Positions 1-12,716 of a DNA stretch of 64,000 bases are shown in pieces. The stretch is taken from the NCBI GenBank assembly GCA_973895155.1, contig OZ316894.1, positions 3,806,944-3,870,943 on the forward strand. The letters are read 5' to 3'. The stretch comes from Marsupella aquatica. Its lineage: Eukaryota; Plantae; Marchantiophyta. Both the position numbers and the translations under genes were made by a program. Under the pieces are notes generated by a model. That model did not search any database. It saw only the letters and a list, made by a program, of their open reading frames with translations, and was not told where the DNA came from. How positions within the stretch are numbered: position 1 is the stretch's first letter; every line of letters begins with the position of its first letter.

Positions 1-22
1 CTGGATTCATGATGACTCTCCT

Positions 23-147
23 ATTCCTTTGCTATCCGGGCCAAAGGACGCCCCACCCCTATATTCCCAAAGAAACCTTATTCCCTAAGGTCCCATCTAT
101 AAATCTACCACTCATTCCTTTGCTATCCGGGCCAAAGGACGCCCCAC
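23..147. repeat. 34-bp direct repeat x2 within the LTR
   Basis: ATTCCTTTGCTATCCGGGCCAAAGGACGCCCCAC at 23-56 and 114-147; each copy has a TCCTTTG/CAAAGGA stem. Confidence 0.9.
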
Positions 148-329
148 TACTATGTTCAAGGCACAAAAGAGCTTCACAACCATGAATGATAAACACTGCG
201 GAATGAGGGGAGAGTGCCCCTCACCACTTTATTTATAGTGCACACCAAGAGGGCATGGATCAAGCCCAAGCACTTGGATGAAGGCCAAGTGTCAAACATC
301 TAATATCTAAGAGTGTGCTAGTACTATTC

Positions 330-487
330 ATAGTTGGTGAAACTACTTTAGTAGGTGGAACTACCATGCGTTGGTGAACCTACTATGCGTTGGTGGACCT
401 ACTGTGCGTTGGTAGAACTACTATGCGTTGGTGAATATTATTGTAGTTGGTGAAACTACTCATATGCATTGGTGGAACTTCTATAGT
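330..487. repeat. Degenerate ~20-21-bp tandem array (GTTGGTGAAACTACTATGC-like, ~8 units)
   Basis: Recurrent TTGGTG(A/G)A..CTAC units visible directly. Confidence 0.85.
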
Positions 488-611
488 TCGTTAATATAGC
501 TAAAGAAGTTTAATAAAGTTTAAATTTAATAATCTAACTACTAAATTACTTATATAATCTATAGCATATTAAAACAAATAATTTTTTATAACTTAAGAGA
601 AAATCACGACA

Positions 612-3600
612 ACGGCGGGAGACAAGTTGACCGATGAGTATCTTGCGATGCATTTGTTGATGTCGCTTCCTCAGACCTATTCAACATTGGTGACGGTCAT
701 CACACATGACAAGTCTACGTTGAAATTGGATGAGGTGAAGGCTACCGTTCTTGCAGAATGGGGCAAGCGACAACTTTCTGGCCGTGACAATGAGTCTGCT
801 GCCTTAGTGGTTAGAGGCAGATCGACTGAACGTACTACGGATCAGTCTAGATCTAAATCACATAGTAGATCTAAATCTAAGTCCCGTAGTAAGAAAGTTC
901 AGTGTTGGCATTGCCATGAGAAGGGCCACACCAAGTGGAATTGTCCTTCTCTATCAAAGTAGAAGCGTCCTACTTCCAATGGTGCGTCCTCATCGTCGGC
1001 TGGTATTGTGATTGCTGATAATGAGGATGTTGCTGAAGTGCTATGTATTGGTGCTGTGAATTCTGTGTATGACAATAAATGGATGTTGGATTCGGGTTCC
1101 TCTTATCACGTGTGTCCAACACAATCGTATTTCTCCACTTACCAACCTTGTACCGGTACTACAGAAATCAGAAATGAAGTCCGATGTGCAATTGTTGGCA
1201 TGGGGACTATCAAATTCCGGATGTTTGATGGTGTTGTGCAAGCACTGACGCAAGTCAGACACATACCAGACATCTCTAAGAATTTGATTTCTCTTGGTGC
1301 TTTGGAAGCTAGTGGATCTCATTTCACTGCACGTGATGGTGTGCTCTTTGTCGTCAAAGATGATGTATCTTTGATTAAGGCGCTACGGCAGAATAATTTG
1401 TACATCTTGGAAGGAGATGTCATTGCTCCTAGAGTGGAGCATGTGGATTCTGTGGTGGAACGTTCGGATGCAACAGCAACATCTGCTATAGAGTCATCTA
1501 CGGCTGCTTCAATTGAAGCACCCTCAACATCTGGTCGCACACAAGCCATAGATTTGTGGCATGCATGGTTGGGGCACTTGAGTGGTAAAGGATTGGCAGC
1601 CTTGGCAAACAGAGATTTGCTGCAAGGCGCTCAATCTGGTAAACTCTCTTTTGTGAAGATTGCATCTTCGGCAAGCAGAGGAGAGTGAGTTTCAGTTCTA
1701 GTTCATACCATTCTCATGAGATTCTTGAGTATGTACATTCGGATGTTTGGGGTCCAGCGCCGGAGCCGTCGTTGGGTGGAGCCAGATATTTTGTGACGTT
1801 TGTAGATGATTACTCTCGAATGTGTTGGTTGTACTACATGAAGGAGAAGTCTCAAGTCTTTGAGATTTTCAAGGAGTGGAAAGCCATGGTAGAGCTACAA
1901 ACTGGGAAGGAGTTGAAGTGTGTTCAATCCGATTACGGTGGCGAGTATAAGTCCAATGAGTTTGATCAATTTGGTCGGGACCTTGGCCTCAAGCGTCATT
2001 ACACTGTACCGGAGACCCTGCAGTAGAATGGAGTTGCAGAACGGTTGAATCGGACATTACTGGAAAAAGCACGCAGCATGCTATGTAAGTCCAAGTTGCC
2101 TAACAACTTTTGGGCTGAAACTGTCAACCAAGCTGCATACGTCTACAATCTGTCACCGCATAGTAGTAAGTTGATGCAGACTCCATTTGAGTTGTGGTAT
2201 AAGAGACCTGCTGATTACTCTAGACTCCGAGTTTTTGGTTGTGCTGCCTATGTTCACATTGAGCAGACACACAGGTCTAAGTTAGATCCCAAGTCTAAGA
2301 AATGTATTTTTCTAGGCTTTAGTCCTGGGCAGAAGGGCTATAAATTGTGGGATCCTGTCAATTGCAAGGCAGTTGTGAGCAGAAATGTTGTTTTTGACGA
2401 AGAATGGTTGTCAAGACCCCGGGATATTCAGGAGGAACAGGTGGAGGAACCCACTATGGTGGAGCTTGGTGGTGATGAGGAAGCTGCTGGTCCCTCTGGT
2501 AGAGGAGCAATTCCTCAACCAAGGCGCTCCACCAGGGCCAATTTTGGCCGACCCCCTGATAGATTTGGTTTTGTAGATCCTCGTGTTCACGTTGTTGCAC
2601 ATGACGATGATCTTGGTGTTGTTTTGCTTACTGAAGATGGAGACCCCTCTAGCTATGAAGAAGCTATGGCCTCTCCAGAGAAGGATAAGTGGATGGAGGC
2701 GATGTTGAAGGAGATGAATTCTTTGAAGAAGAATTCAACTTGGCGCTTGACTGACATGCCTCACGGGAAAACACTGGTTCCATGTAGATGGTTGTACAAG
2801 AAGAAGCACGATGGCACTTACAAGGCACGCCTTGTGGCCAAAGGGTACACCCAGAAGGAGGGCTTGGACTACACGGAGATTTTCTCACCAGTTGTCAAAC
2901 TCACTACTATCCGTGTTTTACTTGCGATTGTGGCATTCTATGATCTTGAGTTAGATCAGATGGATGTAATTACTGCTTTCCTGCATGGATTGCTTGATGT
3001 GGAGATTTATATGACTCAGCCTCCAGGCTTTATTGATGAGAAGACCAGACACTTGGTGTGTAAGCTCTTGCGCTCATTATACGGATTGAAGCAGCGTCCC
3101 AGACAGTGGAATAAGCGTTTTGATTCCTTCATGTTATCTCAGGGGTTCACACGAAGTGAACATGATTGTTGTATTTATATGAAGGAGGTGGAGAATTACT
3201 CACGCTTTGGTTACATTGTGCTGGCATTGTACGTGGATGACATGCTGATCCTGGCTGAGAATAAGTCTGATGTTGCCCATCTGAAAGCAATGCTGAGTAA
3301 GGAGTTTTCAATGAAGGACTTGGGTCAGGCCAAGAAGATACTAGGGATGGAGATTCATCGTGACAGGGAGCAAAGGCAATTATGGTTGTCTCAGAGGCAG
3401 TATTTGGAGAAGGTACTTGCCAAGTATGGAATGGAGAATGCAAAACCAGTTGGTACTCCATTGGCCTCCCACTTTAAACTCTCAAAGAATGATTGCCCTT
3501 CTAGTGAGAGTGATAGACTGGCGATGAAACATGTTCCCTATGATAGTGTTGTGGGTAGTTTGATGTATGCAATGACATGCACTAGACCTGACATTGCCCA

Positions 3601-4228
3601 CGCTGTTAGCATTTTGAGCAGATTTATGGCAAATCCTGGTAAGCTTCACTGGGAAGCAGTGAAGTGGGTTTTGCGGTATCTGAAAGGTACCTTAGATTGT
3701 GAGATCTTATTTGACGGTAAAGCAGACTCTACATTAGAGTTGGAAGGTTTTGTAGATTCAGATTATTCTGGTAACTTGGATAACAGGAAGTCTACTACAA
3801 GCTATGTGTTTATGCTGGGTGGAGGTTGTATTAGCTGGAAGTCGGCAACTCAATCTTGTGTTGCGTTGTCTACTACTGAGGCTGAGTACATGGCTGCATG
3901 TGAGGCAACCAAGGAGCTGATCTGGCTACGGAGATTGGTGAGTGATCTAGGTCTTTCACCTGAAAGACCGGTGTTGCTATGCGACAGTAAAAGTGCTTTG
4001 CATTTGGCTAAGAACCTTGTGTTCCATGCCAAGACAAAACACATTGATATTCGTTATCACTTCATCCGTGAGGTGATTGAGACGAAGCAGATGTTTCTGG
4101 AGAAGGTGGCTTCAGAGGAGAATGCGGTAGAATGCTTACCAAAGTTTTACCTACCAATAGCTTTAGTCATTGTGTGGATATTATTAATGTTAGGGCCAAA
4201 CCGGAAACTATGTAGATATGTTACTTAG
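612..4228 (+). pseudogene. copia gag-pol polyprotein, disrupted
   Basis: Zn knuckle CWHCHEKGHTKWNC; protease WMLDSGSSYH; integrase LWHAWLGH..CEDC, HSDVWGP and GKGY-like QKGYKLWD; RT YVDDM; RNase H DSDYSG and KHIDIRYHF. In-frame TAG at 960-962 and 2024-2026; frameshifts near 1650 and 4130. Confidence 0.95.
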
Positions 4229-4282
4229 TTACGTATTGTATATCACCTGACTCATTGTGTGAACTGGAGTCAAGGTGGAGAT

Positions 4283-5060
4283 TGTTAGGAATTGACTCGA
4301 GTTCCCGACTTAGTTAGTTTGGCCTTACTAGGGTTAGTTAACCCTGGATTACATTAGGATAAGATCCGCTTAGTTTAGGCCCACTCATCTTGGCCCCCTT
4401 GGGGGGTATAGGCTGGAGGGAGAGAACTCTCTCCCTCATTCTTCACATGTACTCTCATTTGCTATGGAGCCTTCAGGAGTTTCTCGACTCGGGGTGTCTC
4501 GTCGGTGTAGCGTCTGATTGAGTGTCTCTCATGTTTCCGCATTGCTGTCTAGTCAGGAGCCGACAGTTTCTTACAGTGTTGGGATAAGCTTTAGGACAAG
4601 CTACGCTTTTTAGGCCATGAGCATATCCTGGGGGCAAGGCAATCAATTGGTGATGGATAGGTACGAGGGGAAGCCCGGGCTACACCCAAGGAAGAAGCTA
4701 TTCTAGACAAACAGTGGGTGTCAGTTCTGGTTCCGGCTTATGGCATTGGGAGAACCTATCGCTAACCTACTTACCAACGTCTGTTGAGCTTGAGTTAGGA
4801 TGTTAGACTTGGGAGATCTAGATCCTGGGGGGGTTACTTACCGAGACGCTTGGTTGATTGTGCAAACAGTGAGGACCGTTGAGTAGCAGTTGTGTTGAAG
4901 AGCAAGTGCGACTTTGTATGGGAGGGGCCGCAAGCGACGCAAGGGGCATCAGGTAGTTTGCTCAAGGTATTTTGTGGAAGCGTCTGGGCACCAGGGGCAC
5001 TTAGGCATGGGTGCCGGGGTTGGTGAGGGCGCTGGGTGGCTAGGTCCACCACTCTTAACA
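4283..5060 (+). repeat. copia 3' LTR (~778 bp)
   Basis: Starts TGTTAGG right after the PPT and ends CTTAACA (6/7 terminal inverted match); TATA-like at 4407-4410. Confidence 0.8.
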
Positions 5061-5699
5061 ACATCTTATGAGCAATGACATACTTTACTTAATGACATCT
5101 TTAATGCAACAACATGTTTATGCAACATCTTTTGTGCAACGCGTAGGGATTGAACACGTGAGGGCATAATTGAAAGTGAGGGTGCAAACAGAAAACAGGA
5201 ATGTGAGAAAAGATGGACAAGAAATAGCATGATTGGCATCCGTTTTTAAGAAAGGTTTTCTCCTCTTGATCTCTATTGATGTTCAATGAACCTGTAAGTA
5301 GGCTAGTCAACACTACTCACCACTACTAGTTTCACTAACTAAGAGACCGATTCTCATAGGTTTGACATTTGATGAACATTTAGACTATTGATAGTTGCTA
5401 TAATTTCGTCACCATTGACAGTTGTATAATTTCCACCCAAATGTACCACATGTCTCAATTGTGTAAGGACATGTGGACCAATAATATAATTCTGTGGGGT
5501 GCACCTGTACTTACCACCCTTCAAGAAAACTAATTGGGACATTTGTTGAGAAATCTGTTCCCTAATTATAAGCAATCGTTTAAACTGTTATTTTACCAAA
5601 CAATATTAGTATTATTGCAAAATGGGATCTAAGAACCCCTTGAGTTCTTTGCACTGGCCCCGCAGTAAGTATGCTAAGGGCTCAGGGTAAGTACATTCA

Positions 5700-6100
5700 A
5701 ACCCATATATTGCCCTTTCAACATGAATAGAGGTGAGCACGTACAGTCATTAAAACCTGTTGCCCTTAGTTTCACCAAATCATGCTCAAACAGTTCCTTG
5801 TACAATGCGCCATTTTCAGAAAATGCCCTACCCCCAGCCCTATCCCAATCCCATTTTCCGCCTGCACCCCCAAATTCAGGTACATTTCCAATGACTCCTG
5901 ATATGCTATGCCAGTCTTAGAGACTCACCTTGCGCCCTATCTCCATTTTAAATCCTCACCCTAAACTTCACTTACATCCCCTAGTCATGGTCTAGATATT
6001 TTATTCTAGACCATAGGCCTTGTAGAGTAGGTTCACATTGCCATTACATAGTTACTCTAATTGGGTAACTTTGAAACAATTGGACTTTCAGTTGGAGTCT
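5700..6100. repeat. Dispersed repeat with an inverted copy at ~29560-29830
   Basis: 6005-6038 is the reverse complement of 29631-29664 (33/34). ATGAATAGAGGTGAG (~5723) matches the reverse complement of CTCACCTCTATTTAT (~29799). Confidence 0.7.
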
Positions 6101-7047
6101 TTGGCTTTCTGTGATTGATCTTAGGCAGAATGAACAATTGGAAAACAAATTTGAACACACATCAATGGATTGAGAAGTAAACATGTGTACAGATATTTAT
6201 TTTTTGCCTTCTCCTTGAAGAGAATCAAAAGACAAACTCAGCAATGTTCATTGATCCATTATGCAGGAGTGAGAGAGATGATCGTTAATAGCTAAACTCC
6301 CCGCGGGGATCACAGACATTTGAAAGGACATGAAGCACCTTTAATGGACAACAGAGAATAATTCACACAATGACATGTGGTGTGTTCATTCAACAACTTA
6401 TTCTGGCATATTATCACTGTCATGCTCTAGCCCTGAGTTGGAAACCTAAACATGGTCTAAGTACAGGCAGGCGTGAATGCTGGTCCTATTTCACGGGTCA
6501 TTGTAGTGTGTGAGGAAACAGTAAAAAATTGACTCACATGAGCAAAAATTTGACTCACAGGACACCTAAACCCTAAACCCAAACTGCCTAGCTAACAAGA
6601 ACATGGTTGATAACATACATTTTGGGGACTAGTCTTTTTAGTTCACTAGCCATCTGGAGTCATAAAAACACAGAAAATATACAAGGCAAAAAAAGGCAAA
6701 AGAAATTGAAAACCTTTAGTGCCTCGGTAAACAACACTCTCTCTCCTCGCTAACTTAAATACTTTTGTGTTTTTTCTCTTTGTATTTTTGAGTGCATTAA
6801 TTTCCCATACAACATCCCTTCTTTGGAGGAGGACATTATGTGAAGTATCACAAAAATAGCAAAGGTAAAACCCAAATATAGTGTTACCAAATAAAATAAC
6901 ATAATAACTTGTATCAAAATCATAAGATTTGTTTTTAACTTTTTTCATGCCTTTGGCCAATTGCACTTTCACTTGGATAGTCTATTTAGAGATTCACTTT
7001 GTCTTGTTTGTTATCAAACAATCACTCAAGTTTTTACATACATTAAT

Positions 7048-7103
7048 CTCCTGGTTAGTGGCAAAACCGCCTTTTCACCTCCTGGTTAGTGGCAAAACCG
7101 CCT
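7048..7103. repeat. 25-bp direct repeat x2
   Basis: CTCCTGGTTAGTGGCAAAACCGCCT at 7048-7072 and 7079-7103. Confidence 0.9.
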
Positions 7104-10100
7104 CGTTTTTCAGGGCATTATATCTCATAATGCCGCTATATGCTATATGGTGAATGCAACTTTTAGTATTTTGTCTTATTCAAAATTCTTTGTATGCATT
7201 TTTATTTCAATGTGTTTTACCAAGGTGCATCCCTTGTATAGTTTAGATTTCCAATTTATTCTGGCACCCCTCTAATTTTTAAAAATCTTTGCTATATTTT
7301 AAGATCATCCACCCTGTAACAAGACTCGTTGAATTTCTAGCCCTGATTCTCATGAGTACAAAAGAAATGATCTAAATAATGTGCACACCTTTTGTTTTTA
7401 AGTACTATTCATGGTTTTGTGTACTAAATTTATTTAATTATTTTGAGTGTCATTACCTAAAGTAAGTACATAAGTATCTCTACTCATGTACATTATGTGC
7501 ACATCCCAATACCCTAAACTTTATTGTTCATTATAATTTTTCTTTACATGTGTATTTTTATTTTTGTACCTTATGTTCACAAGTTTCAATATCATAGAGT
7601 GCACATTTTCCTAATCAATGTCCTATTTAGATTTTAATTAGAATACGTGTATATCACTAAAAACAAATCACTAAAAACAAAAAATGAAGAATGTTCGGGG
7701 ATGAGCATGATATATCCTATTCAAAAAGTAGTGTTTGCTTGCATTATACAATACCCTCTATTTCATCCAGCCTGGGTGAACCCGGCTTTGAAAAAAAATT
7801 AAAGAATAGAATAATGTGATCCTGTAGGGTCGTCATTTTTGCACGTCGACAGGACCTCGGTGGTGGGATGCAGCAACAGGCGCTATCAATCTGAGGGGTC
7901 AAGCCAACATTCGCCCGAATCGACATCATTTTGCCGGTCGTTCGATCAGACCAACAAAGTTACTGCACAGAAGGGCAAACTATTTTAGCCCCTCAAAATC
8001 TTGAACAGATTGAAGCACTACAAGCTTACAATCCATGGCGACGGCCTCTGCCGATCGGCCTCAGCTGGTACTCCAATTGGACATCTTGGACTGTAAGTAT
8101 GATAATTAGGATTGTGGCCAAACTCTGCCAATTACTGGTCGTTCACGTTTTTTCGAAGATCTCTAATGCGGAATCAATTGAGCAGACTGTCGTGCACGCC
8201 AGGAATCTAGTCGAACAAGTAATTGACGTGAACCCATTCGACATGCAAATGGAGATAACCATGCTTGAATGTGGTGTCCACAACCAAGCAAATTACAAGA
8301 AATTGAATTATGTCGTCTGTCAGATTTCAAGTGTCTTCGATCTACAAGCTTCCGTACTTTTGCTTAAATGTTTTTGGACTGCTGTCTGTTACGTTTTTCT
8401 TTGTGAAGCATCTGTCTCTCTCTAGAGACTCTCTTTGCTCAAGTTTATGAGACAGTACGATATGTGACGTATTTCGAAATGCTTGTGCCTGGGTGTTTCC
8501 TAATCTAGAACGAAGTTTAAATAAAAATAGCCGCATGACAAGGTTGCAGCAATCTTGGGTCCTAAATGTTTCCTAAATGTTTTCCCAACCTCAGTCCACA
8601 ACGGGGAAAAAGCGATGACATTGAAAATTTTAGACTTCGTCTCCGCTCCAGTCAATTCCTCCTGTGGGCGATTTTCCTCATAAAGTTTTACACTGCACTT
8701 TCCTCATTTGAAGTTTTCGAAGAAGTTATCCAAGAAGCATTGCGATAGTCAGAGAGACACAAACTTGAATTTTATGATTAATGAATGAATGCAAGGATCA
8801 TGTAGATCCCCTATTTGATGTACCACGACGTGATACAAGGAGCTCTTTGGAGTCTCGAGAAAGTGATGATCATACGGAGCAGTTCTCCTGGACGATGTCT
8901 CCGTGGGAGCAGATACGATGCAAGGCCTGGTGGAGCTCACACGAAAGAATGCGCGCTTCTTTGGTTCATGATCAACAACATTGAATGCCTAGGGAGAACA
9001 GGTAATTCATTCATGACAGACAGAAGGGATATAATCAGGCCGGGCTGAACAGTTACGACGTTGCTGAAAAACACCATGTGTGTCGCTTCATAGACGTGCC
9101 CACAGATCAGAGTTGCTAATATGGTAGTATCATGGCGCGCGTCGGTGCTACAACCCTAAACCTTAAATTCCGGCTGTTGACACCGAGGGATCGAACTTTC
9201 TGAATGTCATGGTGGCCTTCCCTTCGTCGCTCCAATTGATGATAATAGTCTAGATATCATCATTCATGGTGCTTGTCTTGTCAGGCAAGGACTCACAGAA
9301 AAAGCAGTGTAGGACGAACTAGGATAGGCGTGTGAACAGCACCCAATACTAAAACTAAGTACAGTGATTGATTCGGTGGAAAGACCAACGTCAGTGGATC
9401 CGAAGTAAGTTCCCATATGTTCTTTCTGCTGCTGTCTAGAGGTATTCGAAACAGCTAATTAACAGCCTGATCATAGCATGCCGCTAAAGGTTCCCTCCCA
9501 ATTGCCTCGATCAAAGGACCGTCCTAGATTCCAGGCGGCCAAGCCACACTAAACTCAAAGGCGTCATGAAGTTGACCCATCGTCACAATTAGATGTGAAG
9601 AATGACTGAATTATAAGGTCAACTCTCTTGTGTACTTCTAGTTTAATTAATGTCCTATCTTATGCTTGAATCTCACTGCACCTTGTTTCAATTTTGGGTA
9701 TAGCATCTAATTTCCGAGCCCCCTGTGTCAAATTTAGGGTAGAGCCATTGGCGTGTTCTCAACTGAATGTGCGCTTGCAGAGCATTTGACGAATTCCAAG
9801 CCCCTTCTTACAGTATGTCAATTCAGAAAACCTGTAGCTCAGGAAGTACTTATTTCCGGTAAGACAACATGATACATGTGCCTTTTCTACAGACCCACGG
9901 AAGGACACTGGCCTGGTGGTGTGGTTCTAGTGCGTGGGACTTGAGCCCCTTACTCATATCTGCTACTGCACCTCTTGTGAATTGTTAGGACTTTCACTGT
10001 CCGCTATATGGTGGTAGCGTACTTCGGTTGCAAACACTTGATCTCAAGATGCATGAAGAGAGCTGTCGATTGCCGAAAATCGACGAAAAAGCAAAGCGAC

Positions 10101-10190
10101 GAGAACGCTACGAGACCCTGAGAGCCGACAGATCCACAGCTTCTTCTCGCTCGAAGAGTGTTCCAGTCAAGGTTGGAGCCAAGTTAATAG

Positions 10191-11538
10191 AACATTGGTG
10201 GGAGAGGCCAGAATTCGCCGAGAAGTTCGTTCGCTGCGACAGGATCCGGCGTGCGAAAGCTGCCGACAATTCAATGAGCACCAACTACACCTTCTGAAAC
10301 TGAGACGCAAGTTTCCTCCGATCAAGCATGTTCTCTCAGATTTCGCTCACCGTTATGCCAAACTCCAGCGCCATGAGGTCAAGCTACCAAAGGAAGTCAA
10401 GAAGGATTTCTTCCACGGCATCCAGGTACGCTATCTTGTATTCAATCACCTATTGTGATCCGACACACTTGACTAGCTGAGCCCCTCATTTTCTCTGAGC
10501 AAGTACATAATCAAATACGTACTACACACTAGCTAGGAATAGTGTTTTGATTTTTCATAGAATTAAAAGTATAACAGAATGGACCTGTGAAACGATGGTC
10601 TACATCATGTAGCCATATGTGAACTAGTCGGCGACGTTCTTCTCGAATTGGAGAAACGGCAAGTGGTACAGTAAAATATTCTAGAGCTAGAGACACATTT
10701 AGAATGAAAGCTTGAGCCACCGCGAAATTTCCCGATACATGACCAATTCTAATGTGGCCAAAATAAAGGATCGTGATGGATTGTTCAACACCGTTAATAC
10801 TGTCCTGATATTTCGCTTCTCATCCGTTTCTCTAAGTAACTAAAAACTTAGCTTCATCGGAGCCAAAGCCACTAACCCACTGGTGATGTTCAACGGACAT
10901 ATTGTGTTCAGGCAAGCGATGTTACATCATACCTCAGAAAATCAGTGCCGTCGTATTGTTCTCGGGATCAAGAAGCCCCAACAGAGTGGTTTGGATTAAA
11001 GTGTTCCGATGTGACAAAGATTCTAGACTGTGCCGCAAGAGGACCCAGGCCACCTTCAAGAGAATATTCATTTGGGATTCAGCCCACTGACGTCACTCAA
11101 CACACAAGGGTGGTCCCTCGTAATGCTCCCCCTCTAACTGACGACGACGAAACGCAAGAGTTTTTTGGCAGGCCAAAGAGTGATGTCACCAACTTCAACA
11201 TCCTCCCCAGAAGAATTGAAGACAATAAATGCCGTGAAGAAGAGTTACATCCACTAGGGAAGGCTAGACTTTTGCATGCTCCCCACACACACAGACTGTC
11301 GCTTCATTCCCCGGAGCAAACGCTCTTGAACAGTAGAGTGCGCTTGAAATGTAATTCAAGAACGGAGAAGCCAATGTTTTGTCGACATGAACCAAGTTGT
11401 CGTTCATGTCATGATTACAATCAGAAGCTAGGGCTCAGCCCCAAGTCAGAATTTGACAGAAGTTGTGGGTATATTTTGTCTCCCTCCCTTAAAAGTGCTG
11501 TATGCCAACTTAAGGAAAGTTGCTTACATCAACATTAA
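10191..11538 (+). CDS. Possible spliced gene of unknown function (hypothetical)
   Basis: ORF 10195-10458 has a CAG|GTACG donor near 10425; a TTCAG acceptor near 10911 opens into the frame of ORF 10945-11538. No domain recognised. Confidence 0.3.
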
Positions 11539-12716
11539 AACCTGGAATTGATTGCTGAAATTCTCAAGATTCTACCTCGCAGCCTTCATTCTCCGTTGTC
11601 CAAATCTTGCAATCTTCCAACCAGGTTTTCTCAGTGATCTAGTACGTCGAGCACTAACTAATTCACGGCTTCAAAAGGAGGGTGGAAGTTACTGACAGAA
11701 GGCAACCTTCGTTCTTCCCGTCTGCATGGCCCTGGGTATTTAGGGAGGTAGAACCTTGGTCAGAATTTGTCCTCTGCCACCGAAGAGAAGCAGCGTTCTG
11801 ATGGTTGATGGAACATTCCAATGGAAATCTTATAAGCAAAGACAAATTGGAGACATTGCTCACCAATTTTGGGGCCTCATATTGGATATTCGCAATTAGG
11901 GAGTGACCCCCTTTCTCTTCCGAACCTTTCATTATTGTTCTACTTGGAGCGGGTGGCCAATGTCCTTATGTTCAGCACCTGTCATTATACTGGAGTGCCT
12001 CCATAATTATGACCATGTAAGCATCAGCACCAATGTTTTATTAGAAAATAAAACATCCAAATCTATGGTCAAAATCTTTGCTGTTTCTAGCCCCAAAAAC
12101 CCAAAAACCAATGGAGTCCCGTTACCCGTAGATGATAATTATGTTGAAGTGCCGCGACTGAGTTTGAAAAACAACTTTCCATCAGTTTTCTTTCCTACCA
12201 GAGCGGTGCTCGGCAACTACCATTGCATCAATGTAAAGCACTCACTGTTGCCTTTAATGGCAACAACTATCCCTCCAGCTCTTCATTCGATTTCAGAGAG
12301 TCGAAGTTTTATTTGTCTGGAAGGAGTACGTATGATCATCTAATTCAAAAAACAAACGGTGAGATTTGCTCTCAAGAACTATCAGTTGAAACCTATTTAT
12401 TTCAGTTGGGCGATGATCAATTATGGTCACTATCTCCACCTCAACTAGTCCTCGCCATCACCAGGCCGTCACTGCTATGTCCTGTGCATTGATCACATCT
12501 GAGCGTTGCCTGAGTTAATCCTGAGTGGAGGCCCTGTGCTAGCTAATGCTGATCAATCCCTGCTTAGTGAGGTAGTTGAAAAGCCCGAGTGGCTTGAATG
12601 AGCTGAAGCTTCATTGTAGTGAACCCTGACAAATGCCCGAGTTAAAATGTGAGTGATTAAAACTCGTGAATCACGTGAACGAAGCTTTGACTAAAGCCTG
12701 AATGAAAGCCCGAGCC

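Larger units (their letters stand above)
1..611 (-). mobile_element. LTR (window-truncated) of a retrotransposon nested in antisense orientation inside the copia gag
   Basis: Minus strand begins TGTCGTGATTT at 611. U3-like AT-rich tract with ~20-bp tandem repeats (330-485); minus-strand CTATAAAT at 231-238. gag-like codons (TAGDKLTDEYLAMHLLMSLP) start abruptly at 612. Confidence 0.7.
612..5060 (+). mobile_element. Ty1/copia LTR retrotransposon, degenerate; 5' part displaced by the nested insertion
   Basis: Domain order gag-PR-INT-RT-RH is diagnostic of copia; PPT-like AAGGTGGAGA at 4272-4281 precedes the 3' LTR. Confidence 0.97.

Noticed and set aside
6564-6583. Telomere-like CCTAAACCCTAAACCCAAA (also near 9153)
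   Set aside because: Two to three degenerate units only; a telo-box-like word rather than an interstitial telomeric array.
7111-7345. CAGGGC...GCCCTG as possible hAT-type termini
   Set aside because: Match of only 6 bp and no 8-bp TSD.
8880-8970. VLLDDV in a third frame resembling an NB-ARC Walker B motif
   Set aside because: No P-loop or other NB-ARC motifs, and the frame is short.
9170-9230. Minus-strand GTTCGATCCC box-B-like motif suggesting a tRNA
   Set aside because: No box A or cloverleaf could be built.
12500-12716. Repeated GCCCGAG words past the PUB stop, suggesting a read-through HSGFS-repeat tail
   Set aside because: The frame closes again within ~20 codons and the units lie in different frames; treated as 3' UTR.
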